Part shown: piece after piece, positions 9,007 through 19,103 of the stretch
Layout: every line of letters begins with the position of its first letter
Position numbering within the stretch: position 1 is the first letter of the stretch
Source of the DNA: Nitrospiraceae bacterium
GTDB lineage: Bacteria; Nitrospirota; Nitrospiria; Nitrospirales; UBA2166
Length of the DNA: 44,355 bases
NCBI GenBank assembly: GCA_002726235.1
Contig: PBSN01000008.1
Location: 625,781-670,135 of the forward strand
Direction of reading: 5' to 3'
The notes under the pieces: model-generated
What the model was told of the DNA's origin: nothing
What the model saw: the letters and a program-made list of their open reading frames with translations, nothing else
Database searches by the model: none
Program-made: the position numbers and the translations under genes

Positions 9007-10710
9007 CTACGTCCCACACGTCTTTTCAGACAACAACACATACCCCGCAACATCCTTCACTATCGGCAATTGCTGAACGTCAGTGGGTAGCTCTGACAAT
9101 AATCGTTCCTGGGTAATCAGCGTAATCGCTCCCCCTTTGTTGATCAGTCGATCAAGCGGTTCACGATGGCCCTTGTGTGAAAAAATAATCTTGTGGCGTG
9201 CATAAAAAATGTAACTCGGTTTTGTGCGCCCATAGACAACCAGATCGTCATCAGCCCTAATGCAGTCTCCTGCAAGAGAAGCAAGCACATGTGGGGGTGA
9301 GAGAAAGTTTTTATCAAAAATCGGGAAGCCAACATGGATAATAAGTAATGAGGATAGTCCAATTGTCACGGCCGCAAGTTGAATTGCCACCCGTACACGC
9401 TGTGCCGCTAGCCCATAGAACGCGGTCGCCACGGAGCCAATGAACAGGACCGTACCAATGATGGAAATGCCAATCCCAGGATCAACGCTGTCGGCCATGG
9501 GAAACTCTTGCGCGATAAATTCAACGAGTTGGTTATACACAAATGGAAATGCCGCGAGACCTCCGCCTAACAGTGTTCCAAGCACTAAAATGATCCAAAA
9601 GGCGCTTGTACCTTTGGGCCGTGCCTCGCCACTCATAAATCGTGCAAGGGGAAAGGCGACTAAGATCGCCGCTGCCGGAAATAGCGGCGCAATGTAGTGC
9701 GGAAGCCTAGTTGCAGAAAACGTAAAGAAGAGAAACAGCACCATAAACCAGCAAGCGGCAAAGACAAGTAGAGATTGGCCTTGACCACCAGTCATACGAT
9801 ACACTTTAAAGTCTGATACCACGTCCCGAAAAGCTAACGGTAGAAAACCGCTCCAAGGAAAAAACCCCAGTAGCAGGACAGGGATATAAAACAATATTGT
9901 CCCACCATGTCCCCCAATAATGTTGGCGTACCGACCAAGAGTGTTCGCCTGCGCAGATTCCAAATATGTCACCCCATGGATCATCAGCATTGACCCATAC
10001 CAAGGTAAGGTAAGGCAGAGAAACAACAACACCCCAACAAATGGGCGGGCTTCACAAATCACTTTGCGAAAGTTTTGAGTTAAAAGAACAAATACCAACA
10101 CCACCAGCAACGGAACAATCACTCCCACAGGCCCTTTAGTAAGCATCGCGCCAGCCATTGCTATATAGCAGACGAGATACCATCGTTTTTCTCTTCTTTC
10201 ACCAGAAAACGCAATCCAAAAACTAAATAGTGTGAGGGTTGTAAAAAAGATGAGGATCATATCGGTCAGGACCATTCTTCCGATCGCAAGCATCTCGAGG
10301 TTCAATAGGAGGCATAAGGTAGACCACCACGCAACGTTGACCGTCGCAACTCGGGTAAGAAATAGGTACTGCATGAGAATGAGAAGAGTCCCGAATACGG
10401 CAGAGGGAAAGCGCGCAGAAAATTCGTTGACGCCAAAGACGAGATAGGAAGCCCCGATAAGCCAGTAGGTGAAAACCGGCTTCGCAAAACGAGGTTCACC
10501 GTTGAGGGTTGGAGAGATCCAATCTCCGCGCTCGAGCATCTCACGAGGCGCGCCAGCGTTGCTCCCCTCATCGTTATCAGTCAGGTTAAGAGCGCCAAGT
10601 GCCGAGAAAAAGAGCACTCCACAGAGAAACAGAAGAATCCCATTATGTCGGATGTGAATCGGTATCACGGTAGCACAATCACTCGCATGAAAATAACACC
10701 AGGGTTGCAT
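9007..10710 (-). CDS. ArnT/PMT-like membrane glycosyltransferase (GT-C fold, GT83/GT39-like); start uncertain
   Basis: [49 protein letters not shown]; many TM segments. Confidence 0.88.
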   Translation of the reverse strand: MQPWCYFHASDCATVIPIHIRHNGILLFLCGVLFFSALGALNLTDNDEGSNAGAPREMLERGDWISPTLNGEPRFAKPVFTYWLIGASYLVFGVNEFSARFPSAVFGTLLILMQYLFLTRVATVNVAWWSTLCLLLNLEMLAIGRMVLTDMILIFFTTLTLFSFWIAFSGERREKRWYLVCYIAMAGAMLTKGPVGVIVPLLVVLVFVLLTQNFRKVICEARPFVGVLLFLCLTLPWYGSMLMIHGVTYLESAQANTLGRYANIIGGHGGTILFYIPVLLLGFFPWSGFLPLAFRDVVSDFKVYRMTGGQGQSLLVFAACWFMVLFLFFTFSATRLPHYIAPLFPAAAILVAFPLARFMSGEARPKGTSAFWIILVLGTLLGGGLAAFPFVYNQLVEFIAQEFPMADSVDPGIGISIIGTVLFIGSVATAFYGLAAQRVRVAIQLAAVTIGLSSLLIIHVGFPIFDKNFLSPPHVLASLAGDCIRADDDLVVYGRTKPSYIFYARHKIIFSHKGHREPLDRLINKGGAITLITQERLLSELPTDVQQLPIVKDVAGYVLLSEKTCGT

Positions 10711-10775
10711 CGGGCCTTGAGATACGTATCATGATGCTAATACATGAAGAACTCAAGGAGGCTGAGGAAAGGATA

Positions 10776-11543
10776 ATGAAGAAGCTGGTATTGATCCGCC
10801 ACGGAGAAAGCGTCTGGAACAAGGAAAATCGGTTTACCGGATGGGTCGATGTCGAACTCTCTCCGAAGGGCCTTGAAGAAGCCAGCGAAGCAGGACGTAC
10901 CTTGCGTAATAAAGGGTTCGAGTTTGATGTCGCCTATACCTCGCTATTAAAACGTGCCATCAAAACACTATGGCTGGTACTGGAAGAAATGGACCACATG
11001 TGGATTCCAGTACACCGGACCTGGCATCTTAATGAGCGACACTATGGCCTACTGCAAGGTTTGAACAAAATCGAAACGGTCGAAAAACACGGAGAAAAGC
11101 AAGTGCACGTCTGGCGACGCAGCTACGACATTCGCCCTCCAGCGCTCGGATCGAATGACCCGAACTTTCCAGGGCATGATCCGCGTTACAAGGCCCTCGC
11201 GATCCAACAGATCCCAGCGACGGAATGCTTAAAAGATGTGGTGAATCGATTCTTGCCCTATTGGCAATCGACCATTGCTCCCGCGATCGAAAAGGGTGAA
11301 CGGGTCCTCATCGCCGCGCATGGAAACAGCATACGCGCACTAGTTATGTATTTAGACGAAATTTCAGAGGACAAAATCACGGACCTCAACATTCCAACGG
11401 GAATCCCGCTAGTGTACGAATTAGAAGATGGTCTTCGGCCCATCCGTCATTACTACCTCGGCGACCCCGAAACTATTGAACGTGCAACGCAAGCCGTTGC
11501 CAATCAAACTACAAGAAAAAGCTCACCTTCACCCACGCCGTAA
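10776..11543 (+). CDS. gpmA: 2,3-bisphosphoglycerate-dependent phosphoglycerate mutase
   Basis: [42 protein letters not shown] at 10776 after AAGGA. 3' end overlaps the convergent ADH gene by 15 bp. Confidence 0.96.
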   Translation: MKKLVLIRHGESVWNKENRFTGWVDVELSPKGLEEASEAGRTLRNKGFEFDVAYTSLLKRAIKTLWLVLEEMDHMWIPVHRTWHLNERHYGLLQGLNKIETVEKHGEKQVHVWRRSYDIRPPALGSNDPNFPGHDPRYKALAIQQIPATECLKDVVNRFLPYWQSTIAPAIEKGERVLIAAHGNSIRALVMYLDEISEDKITDLNIPTGIPLVYELEDGLRPIRHYYLGDPETIERATQAVANQTTRKSSPSPTP

Positions 11544-12536
11544 ATCCAACACCCCCGCCCCTTGAATCTTTCCAGCCTTCATGGTCTGAAGCGCAAAGTT
11601 TGCTTCTTCAAGACTGAACAATTCCGTATGTGTCCTGATGGGTATCTCCGAAGCAATCTGCAGTAAGTCCAACCCATCTTGCTTAGTATTAGCTGTGACA
11701 CTGCGAATGACCCGCTCGCCAAAAAGCTCTTCATCATAGTTCAAAGATGGGATCGGACTCATATGGATACCTGCGATTGCCAATGTTCCACCTTTGCCTA
11801 ACGCTCGCATTGCAAAAGGAACGAGTTCACCAGCTGGTGCAAACATGATGGCACAGTGTAACTTCTCTCGTGGGACCTCTGATGAACCACCAACCCAAGA
11901 GGCTCCAAGTTCAAGGGCCAACACCCTGTGGTGCTCACGCTGCGAGAAAACAGAAACAGAGCACCCCCAATGTTTCGCCACCTGAATCGCGATATGTGCC
12001 GCAGCACCAAACCCGTAAAAACCCAAATGCTGGCCAGGCCGAATGCCACTAAGTCGTAATGCTCGATAGCCAATAATCCCGGCGCACAACAACGGTGCCG
12101 CTTCTTCATCATGAAACTCATAAGGCATCGTGTACACAAAAGATTCCGAAGCCACGATATATTCTGCAAACCCTCCATCGACGTGATACCCTGTAAACGT
12201 GCTACGATCACACAGATTTTCACGAGCACTAATGCAGAAATTGCACTTCCCACATGTTTTCTGCAACCAAGCCACCCCAACTCGATCCCCCTCGTTAAAA
12301 TTTCTTACGTCTTCCCCTACTTTATCCACAACACCCACAATCTGATGGCCAGGGATCACCGGCCGTTTTGCCTCAGGAAGTTCTCCTTCGACAACATGAA
12401 GATCTGTCCGGCACACTCCACACACATGCACCTTCACGCGAATCTGACCGATCAGTGGCTCCGGCAACAGCACATCCGTAAGAACCAAAGGGTTACTCCC
12501 AACTTCAGCCGACTGTTGTAGAACCATGGCTTTCAT
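11529..12536 (-). CDS. Zinc-dependent alcohol dehydrogenase (MDR family)
   Basis: [16 protein letters not shown], structural Zn [27 protein letters not shown]; likely start ATG 12536. Confidence 0.92.
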   Translation of the reverse strand: MKAMVLQQSAEVGSNPLVLTDVLLPEPLIGQIRVKVHVCGVCRTDLHVVEGELPEAKRPVIPGHQIVGVVDKVGEDVRNFNEGDRVGVAWLQKTCGKCNFCISARENLCDRSTFTGYHVDGGFAEYIVASESFVYTMPYEFHDEEAAPLLCAGIIGYRALRLSGIRPGQHLGFYGFGAAAHIAIQVAKHWGCSVSVFSQREHHRVLALELGASWVGGSSEVPREKLHCAIMFAPAGELVPFAMRALGKGGTLAIAGIHMSPIPSLNYDEELFGERVIRSVTANTKQDGLDLLQIASEIPIRTHTELFSLEEANFALQTMKAGKIQGAGVLDLRRG

Positions 12537-12863
12537 ACAAAAGCTGTGAAACAATTATCGAAAAATAAGAGCAGTCGCGATAGAACTAGGAAAAATCATG
12601 GAACCAAGACGGCACCCCAGCAGTGGATGAAGATGATCAACCAGCAACGGCTCCAGTTGCATCCGGTAGCAGACGATCATAAAGAGCAAGATCCATTAGT
12701 ATAACCGACCCCCATCACACACACTGTCACACAAGTGTGTGCATTGAATCAAGAAACGCGCAGAAAGGCGTAGAACATCATTACCAACCCATACTCATTG
12801 GACATCCGACCAAGGCTTCGCTAGCATTTGGCGCAGGAAAAATCGCAAATATTGGGTGATTAT

Positions 12864-13514
12864 ATGACAACAATTTTCCCCTCTTCTTTCGGATTGTTTG
12901 TAAGCGCCATGGTTTTCCTCACCTCCAGCCCGTGCTTTGGAGACACTAACGTAGTCCCTGAAGAGCTACCAACAGTCAACGTCAAGATCCTCATTACGTA
13001 CCACTCTCTGACTGATAATACGGCAAAAATGGCGCAAGGCGTTGCCGAAGGGGCACGTTCTATGGAAGAAGTAGTCGTGGTCGTAAAACCAGTCTCTGCG
13101 GTCACCGCCAACGATCTTTTCTCTTCAGATGCGATTATCGTCGGCTCACCAGTGTACTGGTCAAACATGGCCGGAGAGGTCAAGACATTCTTTGATAATT
13201 GGCAATTCAAGTTCGGTGTTTATCCAGAATTCAAAATGCGAGACAAGGTGGGTGCGGCCTTTAGTACCGGCGGTGGACGCTCCAACGGCAAGGAACTGAC
13301 CATGCTGACGATTTTGTCTGCGATGCTGGGAAATCAAATGATCGTCGTGAGCGGAGGAGGAGCCTTTGGTGCTAGCGCAACAACCGAAGGGGAAAGTCCT
13401 GGCATCGACGCGTACGAATATAATGAGGCTCAAACACTGGGGCGACGAGTCGCCGAAGTCGCATCTCTCGTGAAAGGTGGCCAATTACGCCAAACACGGA
13501 AGACAAGCCCATAG
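12864..13514 (+). CDS. Flavodoxin-fold WrbA-like NAD(P)H-dependent oxidoreductase with N-terminal signal-like peptide
   Basis: ITYHSLTDNTAKMA, GSPVYWSNMAGEVKTFFD, KVGAAFSTGG, LGRRVA; hydrophobic N-terminus FGLFVSAMVFLTSSPCFG. Confidence 0.82.
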   Translation: MTTIFPSSFGLFVSAMVFLTSSPCFGDTNVVPEELPTVNVKILITYHSLTDNTAKMAQGVAEGARSMEEVVVVVKPVSAVTANDLFSSDAIIVGSPVYWSNMAGEVKTFFDNWQFKFGVYPEFKMRDKVGAAFSTGGGRSNGKELTMLTILSAMLGNQMIVVSGGGAFGASATTEGESPGIDAYEYNEAQTLGRRVAEVASLVKGGQLRQTRKTSP

Positions 13515-13718
13515 ATTCAACACCCCTTATCACTGAGAGGTATTGTCCAGCGTCTTCTCGTGAATTATCATCTTTCATGCGGCTGACCACAGAGCTTCCA
13601 AATAATTCATCCCCCTTAGGAAGGCTGACGATTTCATGACAGACTCGCGAATCGCCATAGCAACAGTGGATACAATCTCGATTGCAAGCCACTCAAACCA
13701 TGGCGACACTACTGTCCT

Positions 13719-15452
13719 ATGAAATTTCTAACCCTCATTCAATATTTTGAACGGCTTGAAGCGACGACCAAGCGTCTTGATATGTTTGAAATTCTTGCCG
13801 AGCTTTTTCGTCTCTCCAACGCCAACGAAATCGACAAGATTATTTACCTCGTTCAAGAACAATTACTCCCTTCGTTCTATACCTTGGAAATGGGCATGTC
13901 TGAAAAGTTACTCATCCGAGCAATTACTGATGCATCGGGCAAGGACCTCACTGAGATCCAGCAACATTTTCGATCCAGTGGAGACTTAGGGATAACAACG
14001 GAGCATTTTTTGAGCGGTCAGCATGGCACCAACCTCGACGTACACACCGTGTATTCACAACTCTGCGACCTCGCAGAGCTGGCAGGAAAGGGAAGTGTTG
14101 AACAAAAGGTTGAAGCGCTCACAGCACTCCTGCATTCCGCAACACCAACCGAAGCCAAGTACATTAGCCGTTTTGTAGTCGGTCGAATGCGCTTAGGCAC
14201 AGGAAATGCCACAATACTTGAAGCCTTAAGCCTCGCCAAGACCGGCGAGCGGAAACCCAAGACAATCCTCGAACGCGGATTCAATCTCTGTTCGGATCTC
14301 GGAATGGTAGGCCGTATTTTGTTTACCGATGGCATTTCTGGAATCGAGAAAATCAGCCCGACGGTGGGATCCCCTATCCGCATGGCCTTATGCGAGCGTG
14401 TTGCAACCCCCGAGGACGTGATTAAGAAAATCGGTCGCTGTTCCGTCGAACCAAAATTGGACGGGTTTCGTTGCCAAATTCATAAATCCAAAGAAGAGGT
14501 TGAAATTTTCTCACGCAACCTCGAACGCACGACGCCAATGTTCCCTGAACTGGTTCAGGCCACAAAGACGGCAATCAACGCCGAGAGTATCATCTTCGAA
14601 GGTGAGGCCCTCAGCTATGACGATCTGACGGGCGAACTTCAGCCATTCCAAGTCACCATACAGCGGAAACGAAAACACGGCATCGTGCAAGCTGCGACGG
14701 ATATTCCGCTGAAACTCTTTGCGTTTGATCTTCTCTACGTCAACGGCGAGGACTGGACGAATCGGGCATATTCTGATCGACGCAAGCTATTAAGTTCGTT
14801 GATTACAAACAACCCGGTCATCGAACTCGGGCATGCCGATGAGACAGATGATCCTGCCGAGTTTTCCCGGATATTCCAGACTGCTATCGATAAAGGCGCA
14901 GAGGGCGTAGTAGCCAAACGCCTTGACGGCCCATACAAAGCTGGTGCACGAGATTTCAACTGGATCAAACTTAAACGTAGCTACAAAGGAACGCTGGCCG
15001 ATACGGTAGACGTATGTCTAGTCGGCTATTTCAGTGGAAAAGGCACACGTGCTGAATTCGGTATCGGAGCGGTACTTGCAACTGTCTACGATCCCAATAC
15101 TGATACGTTTAAAACAGTCTCTCGAATCGGCTCAGGATTCTCCCAAGAGGACTGGGGCCGACTGCGCAAAGTTCTTGACTCCCATGCCTCAGAATCAATG
15201 CCACCACGTGTAGTCTCAACACTCACCCCTAACGTGTGGGTTCATCCCCACACCGTGATCACAGTAATGGCTGATGAAATCACCCGCTCAGCAATGCATA
15301 CCTGTGGAAAAGATGAAAATGGCATTGGATATGCACTGCGGTTTCCTCGCGCACAAGGGTTTATTCGCAGTGACAAGAATCCTGAAGACGCAACAACCGT
15401 TTCCGAAATCATCACCATGTCGGAAAGCCAAAAACTCATAAAGCTGGCATGA
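13719..15452 (+). CDS. ATP-dependent DNA ligase (DNA-binding, adenylation and OB domains)
   Basis: Motif I EPKLDGFR, FSRNLE, FEGE, FAFDLLY, EGVVAK, WIKLK, motif VI ALRFPR; ~200-aa N-terminal extension. Confidence 0.93.
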   Translation: MKFLTLIQYFERLEATTKRLDMFEILAELFRLSNANEIDKIIYLVQEQLLPSFYTLEMGMSEKLLIRAITDASGKDLTEIQQHFRSSGDLGITTEHFLSGQHGTNLDVHTVYSQLCDLAELAGKGSVEQKVEALTALLHSATPTEAKYISRFVVGRMRLGTGNATILEALSLAKTGERKPKTILERGFNLCSDLGMVGRILFTDGISGIEKISPTVGSPIRMALCERVATPEDVIKKIGRCSVEPKLDGFRCQIHKSKEEVEIFSRNLERTTPMFPELVQATKTAINAESIIFEGEALSYDDLTGELQPFQVTIQRKRKHGIVQAATDIPLKLFAFDLLYVNGEDWTNRAYSDRRKLLSSLITNNPVIELGHADETDDPAEFSRIFQTAIDKGAEGVVAKRLDGPYKAGARDFNWIKLKRSYKGTLADTVDVCLVGYFSGKGTRAEFGIGAVLATVYDPNTDTFKTVSRIGSGFSQEDWGRLRKVLDSHASESMPPRVVSTLTPNVWVHPHTVITVMADEITRSAMHTCGKDENGIGYALRFPRAQGFIRSDKNPEDATTVSEIITMSESQKLIKLA

Positions 15453-15607
15453 GATCTTGAGGCTGTTCGCAAATATACCTACCCAAAGACTTGACTGCGG
15501 GTTAAAGGAAAAGGGTATTATTTAAAATATCACGCCATAGGAGAAATACATCACCACCGTTAACAGAGGCTCAGTGTCATTTTTCCGAACAATTTAAGGA
15601 GGATACA

Positions 15608-16033
15608 ATGCGAAAATACACGAATATTCTCGTCACAATCCTTGTTCTTGGATGTATTGCGTTCACCGCAGGAGGCGCAATCGCAGACAGCGACCATGGC
15701 CATGGCCATGGCCCCGATGAGGCAATGGGCCACCTAAACGCGGCGATTTCTCACGCAAAGGGTGCGGTCATGCATGGTGGAGAGGGACATGCGGGAGAAG
15801 TATCGAAGCATGCTGCAGAATCCATTGCACACGCGAAAGGAGCTATTCACAGCATGCCTTCTAAAAATCCCCATGGGGCAGAAGCTATATCACACATCAA
15901 GGAAGCTGTAACGCACCTGCAGGCTGCGGTAAAACACGGGGACCAAGGACATGCTGACCAAGCCACGAGTCACGCGAACGAAGGTGTCAACCATCTTGGT
16001 GGCGCGGCAATGCACGCAAAAGAAGTACACTAA
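15608..16033 (+). CDS. smbP: SmbP-like periplasmic small metal-binding protein
   Basis: Sec signal ending AIA-DS; 19 His, many spaced 7 residues apart (HLNAAISHAKGAVMH; HIKEAVTHLQAAVKHGDQGH), as in Nitrosomonas SmbP; AAGGAGG SD. Confidence 0.85.
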   Translation: MRKYTNILVTILVLGCIAFTAGGAIADSDHGHGHGPDEAMGHLNAAISHAKGAVMHGGEGHAGEVSKHAAESIAHAKGAIHSMPSKNPHGAEAISHIKEAVTHLQAAVKHGDQGHADQATSHANEGVNHLGGAAMHAKEVH

Positions 16034-16148
16034 CAAGATGTTGAAACAGTCCTCCAGCAGCGTTCTCGACCCTTTGTCGTCTTCCCGTGGACACTCCGAA
16101 CTTCACAGTCCATTCGGCCCTGCTGAACAGATGATTTTTAATATCCTG
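16030..16148 (+). repeat. Degenerate ~115-bp interspersed element with terminal inverted repeats, copy 2
   Basis: CAAGATGTTGAAA (16034-16046) pairs with TTTTAATATCCTG (16136-16148) with two G-T wobbles and one mismatch. Its first 16 nt match the reverse complement of 953-968 at 12/16 positions. Confidence 0.5.
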
Positions 16149-16168
16149 CAGATTGTGTGAATACCTCG

Positions 16169-16201
16169 CGGGGTGACGTGAAATCGTCACCCCGTTATTT
16201 T
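16169..16201 (+). terminator. Intrinsic terminator between two convergent His-rich genes
   Basis: Perfect 10-bp stem CGGGGTGACG / CGTCACCCCG, 6-nt loop TGAAAT, followed by TTATTTT. Confidence 0.8.
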
Positions 16202-16205
16202 ACAC

Positions 16206-16916
16206 TCAGTGCCCCATACCATGCCCACTGCTGCCGTGATGGCCTTTCTTGCCATGATGGCCCTTGCCCAAACCGGCATGACCATGACCCATCATGTGAC
16301 CATGTACCATCGTTGAAAACTGTTCCTGCTGTTCAGTCGTCAGCTCCTTCTTCACGTTCAAAAAGGCATCAATCCTGGCCATCATCAGCTCACCTTTCAA
16401 ATGTCCAATTGATTCGACAATTGCTTGGAGCTGCCCTCGATCGGGATTAGGCGAATCGATGAGGAGACCAAGGTCAATTTCTGCAATCCGAACATTTGCT
16501 TTCTTTTGAATAACCGCTTTCTTGTAATCGGCTTCAACCGGTCGGAGCGCGGCGACTTGTGATTTCGTAAGGTGCAACTTTTTCTTCAGCATCTGCAAAG
16601 AAAATGCATGGTGATGCGTGTCACCATGCATACCCTCATGCCCATATTTTTTGCCATGCCCATATTTTTTGCCATGCCCGTCTTTTTTGCCATGCCCATA
16701 TTTTTTGCCATGCCCGTCTTTCTTCCCGTGCCCGCGAATCTCTCCATGATGTCCCTTCTTCCCATGGTAGTCGCCGTCGTAGGCCTCTCCATATTCCATA
16801 TCCATAGAAAAATGTTTCCCATGCTTCCCTTCATCAGCAACGGCGCCATTGGCAAAGAGAAGAAGCAGGACAGCACAAAACCCGACAATTCCACGATGTG
16901 TGTGTGTATGATTCAT
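16206..16916 (-). CDS. His-rich periplasmic Spy/CpxP/ZraP-family (LTxxQ) protein
   Basis: ATG at 16916 after GGAGG; signal peptide ending AVA-DE; LTKSQ and LTTEQ motifs around a helical core; His/Gly/Lys-rich N- and C-terminal arms. Confidence 0.85.
   Translation of the reverse strand: MNHTHTHRGIVGFCAVLLLLFANGAVADEGKHGKHFSMDMEYGEAYDGDYHGKKGHHGEIRGHGKKDGHGKKYGHGKKDGHGKKYGHGKKYGHEGMHGDTHHHAFSLQMLKKKLHLTKSQVAALRPVEADYKKAVIQKKANVRIAEIDLGLLIDSPNPDRGQLQAIVESIGHLKGELMMARIDAFLNVKKELTTEQQEQFSTMVHGHMMGHGHAGLGKGHHGKKGHHGSSGHGMGH
16637..16733 (-). repeat. In-frame 18-bp tandem repeat (5 copies plus a partial) encoding GHGKK[D/Y]
   Basis: Plus-strand units: CATGCCCATATTTTTTGC x2, CATGCCCGTCTTTTTTGC, CATGCCCATATTTTTTGC, CATGCCCGTCTTTCTTCC, then CGTGCCC. 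Confidence 0.95.
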
Positions 16917-17019
16917 CTTCGATCCTCCTTGTGATGCAAACAATATCGTTGAGATTGCCCTTTTACAAACCAGCTTCATGTGGAGAGGCATGATCTCACA
17001 AACCACCGCATGCTTGTTA

Positions 17020-17676
17020 TTAAATTTTTCGATACGCCTTACAAAACTCCTGCATCGGACATTGGAGACATACCGGGACTTTCGCCGAACAGATGCATGC
17101 CCCGAAATCCATCAATGCTTGGTTAAAGTCGTAGGTACGGCCACGCGGAAGGAGCCCATCGGACAATGCCCACATCATCGCATCCGAAGGCTTCGTACGT
17201 GGTTTGCCGAGAAACACACGAAGCACCACCCGGCGCACGTTGGTATCTAAGATAGGCACATCCTGTTTAAAGGCAAACGAGCGAATTGCACCTGACGTAT
17301 ATCGCCCGATTCCCTTGAACGACTGAAGTTCTTCGTCGCTGTGTGGAAGCTGGCCATCGTAATGTGCGACGGTTTCCCGAGCGATGGTATGGAGCTGTAT
17401 CGGCCTGATGTTATAGCCCAACGGATACCATATTTTCTTAACATCCTGCACGCGGGCTTTTGCAAGCGCCTGCAGCGTGGGGTACTTGGAGAGAAATTCA
17501 TGGTATTTCGGCACCACCCGATCAACCTGCGTTTGTTGCAGCATAACCTCAGAGACCAGAATCGAATACGGATCTGAAGTTTCGCGCCAAGGTAATTCGC
17601 GCGCATTCTTTCGATACCAGCGCAATAATTTCTGCTGAAATCTGCTTTTCAGATGTCTGGGAATAGCACGCAACAC
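17020..17676 (-). CDS. mutY: A/G-specific adenine glycosylase, catalytic domain only (HhH-GPD, 4Fe-4S)
   Basis: LPWR, SEVMLQQTQV, LGYNIR, GIGRYTSGAI, DTNVRRV, NQALMDFG, C-x6-C-x2-C-x5-C; ends just after the FCL motif. Confidence 0.88.
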   Translation of the reverse strand: MLRAIPRHLKSRFQQKLLRWYRKNARELPWRETSDPYSILVSEVMLQQTQVDRVVPKYHEFLSKYPTLQALAKARVQDVKKIWYPLGYNIRPIQLHTIARETVAHYDGQLPHSDEELQSFKGIGRYTSGAIRSFAFKQDVPILDTNVRRVVLRVFLGKPRTKPSDAMMWALSDGLLPRGRTYDFNQALMDFGACICSAKVPVCLQCPMQEFCKAYRKI

Positions 17677-17848
17677 AACTTACGATTCTAACAGGATAGT
17701 AAAAATGGCCGCCAGCCCTGTTTTCACAACACGCAAAAATCACTTTCTCCCACTTTACGGAAGATCAATGCACGGCAACCACAGCACAATGACAAAATAT
17801 ATGTAACCATCCCTATGGCATCACAAATCACGTTGAACGTTAGCTCAA

Positions 17849-18670
17849 ATGCTCAACAATGGGGCCTATGTTTTTGGACACGATGAAAAACTTGTGGTAG
17901 CTTCACCTAGAACCATCCGTGGAGGCACAGTGACGAAACACCTAGCCTACCTCTATCAGTTGCCACCCACCCCCTATGAGGAAGCCTGGCAACTCCAACA
18001 AACTATTCATAGCGAACGTGTCGATGACAAGACAAACGACACCCTTCTTCTGCTGGAACATCTACCAACTTACACCGTAGGACGACGCGTCAAGGACGCA
18101 CTCCGCCTAATCAATGAAGATGCTCGGATCAAACATAGCATTCCCATTTACCAGACCGAACGAGGAGGACTTATCACCTACCACGGACCAGGACAGCTTG
18201 TGGGATACCCCATTCTTAAACTCAAGACATACTGCCGCGGCCCAAAAACCTACATGCACCTACTCGAGGAAGTCTTGATTCGCCTCCTTCACGATTTTGG
18301 CCTTCAAGCACACCGACGTGACCACTGCATAGGCGTTTGGATTGCAGACCGAAAGATCGCGGCACTGGGCGTCCATGTCAGCCGTGGAGTGACCATGCAC
18401 GGATTTGCGTTGAACGTCATGAACGATCTTCAAGCATATGATTGGATCATCCCCTGCGGGATCGAAGGATGCAAGGTGACCACCATGGCCAAGGAACTAG
18501 GAAGAGACGTTAGATTACCCTCAGTCTCAGATCGGCTATGCGCTATTTTTGCGGAGACCTTCGGGGTTCTATTTCAACAAGAACGATCCAAAGATGTTCT
18601 GTGGAAACATTCAAATCAAGTGCACCTAGGCCTAAAAAAGCAACCCCATCCAACAGCCCAAGCACCATAG
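17849..18670 (+). CDS. lipB: Lipoyl(octanoyl) transferase (start may be GTG 17930 after GGAGG)
   Basis: LLLLEH, RGGLITYHGPGQLVGYPI, KIAALG, HGFALNV, IIPCGI. Confidence 0.95.
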   Translation: MLNNGAYVFGHDEKLVVASPRTIRGGTVTKHLAYLYQLPPTPYEEAWQLQQTIHSERVDDKTNDTLLLLEHLPTYTVGRRVKDALRLINEDARIKHSIPIYQTERGGLITYHGPGQLVGYPILKLKTYCRGPKTYMHLLEEVLIRLLHDFGLQAHRRDHCIGVWIADRKIAALGVHVSRGVTMHGFALNVMNDLQAYDWIIPCGIEGCKVTTMAKELGRDVRLPSVSDRLCAIFAETFGVLFQQERSKDVLWKHSNQVHLGLKKQPHPTAQAP

Positions 18671-19103
18671 CCGATTGTATTTGAACGTCGATACATTCTG
18701 CGAGTACCAAGTCTCATGACCCTACGCTACCGCCGACTAACCTTCTAGATCTGCCACCATGTAATACGCAAGGATCCACCGGATTGCGAGTAGTCCGAAG
18801 CTGGATTTTTCGTGAGAGAATCCATTTTAAATCCAGCGTTCATAATTTCACCGTAAATTTACGCCGCAACGTAACGTGGTTCTTTTTGAGCCATCTGCTC
18901 ATAGTGTTTCTCCGGTATATGAGACACATCCAACCTTACCAATGAGCAGAAATTTTACTTGCCGCGCTGTACAGATTTCCAGACCCACCTCGATATATAG
19001 CATATGCAGTTTCTTTCCAGGCTTGAGATTGCCAGACTCTCATATTCTCTTAGGGCGATATCCTGAGACTGTAGCGACAATCCCTCAGTTCCACATCAAG
19101 ACC

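Noticed and set aside
16897..16907. (CA)5 tract at the start of the His-rich gene as a phase-variation switch
   Set aside because: Only five units, too short to argue for high-frequency slippage; it simply encodes HTHTH.
16572..16934. Repetitive alternative-frame ORFs (MPIFFA, HAHIFC, MAKNMG repeats)
   Set aside because: Other-frame readings of the 18-bp tandem repeat; the frame with an SD, signal peptide and LTxxQ motifs is the real gene.
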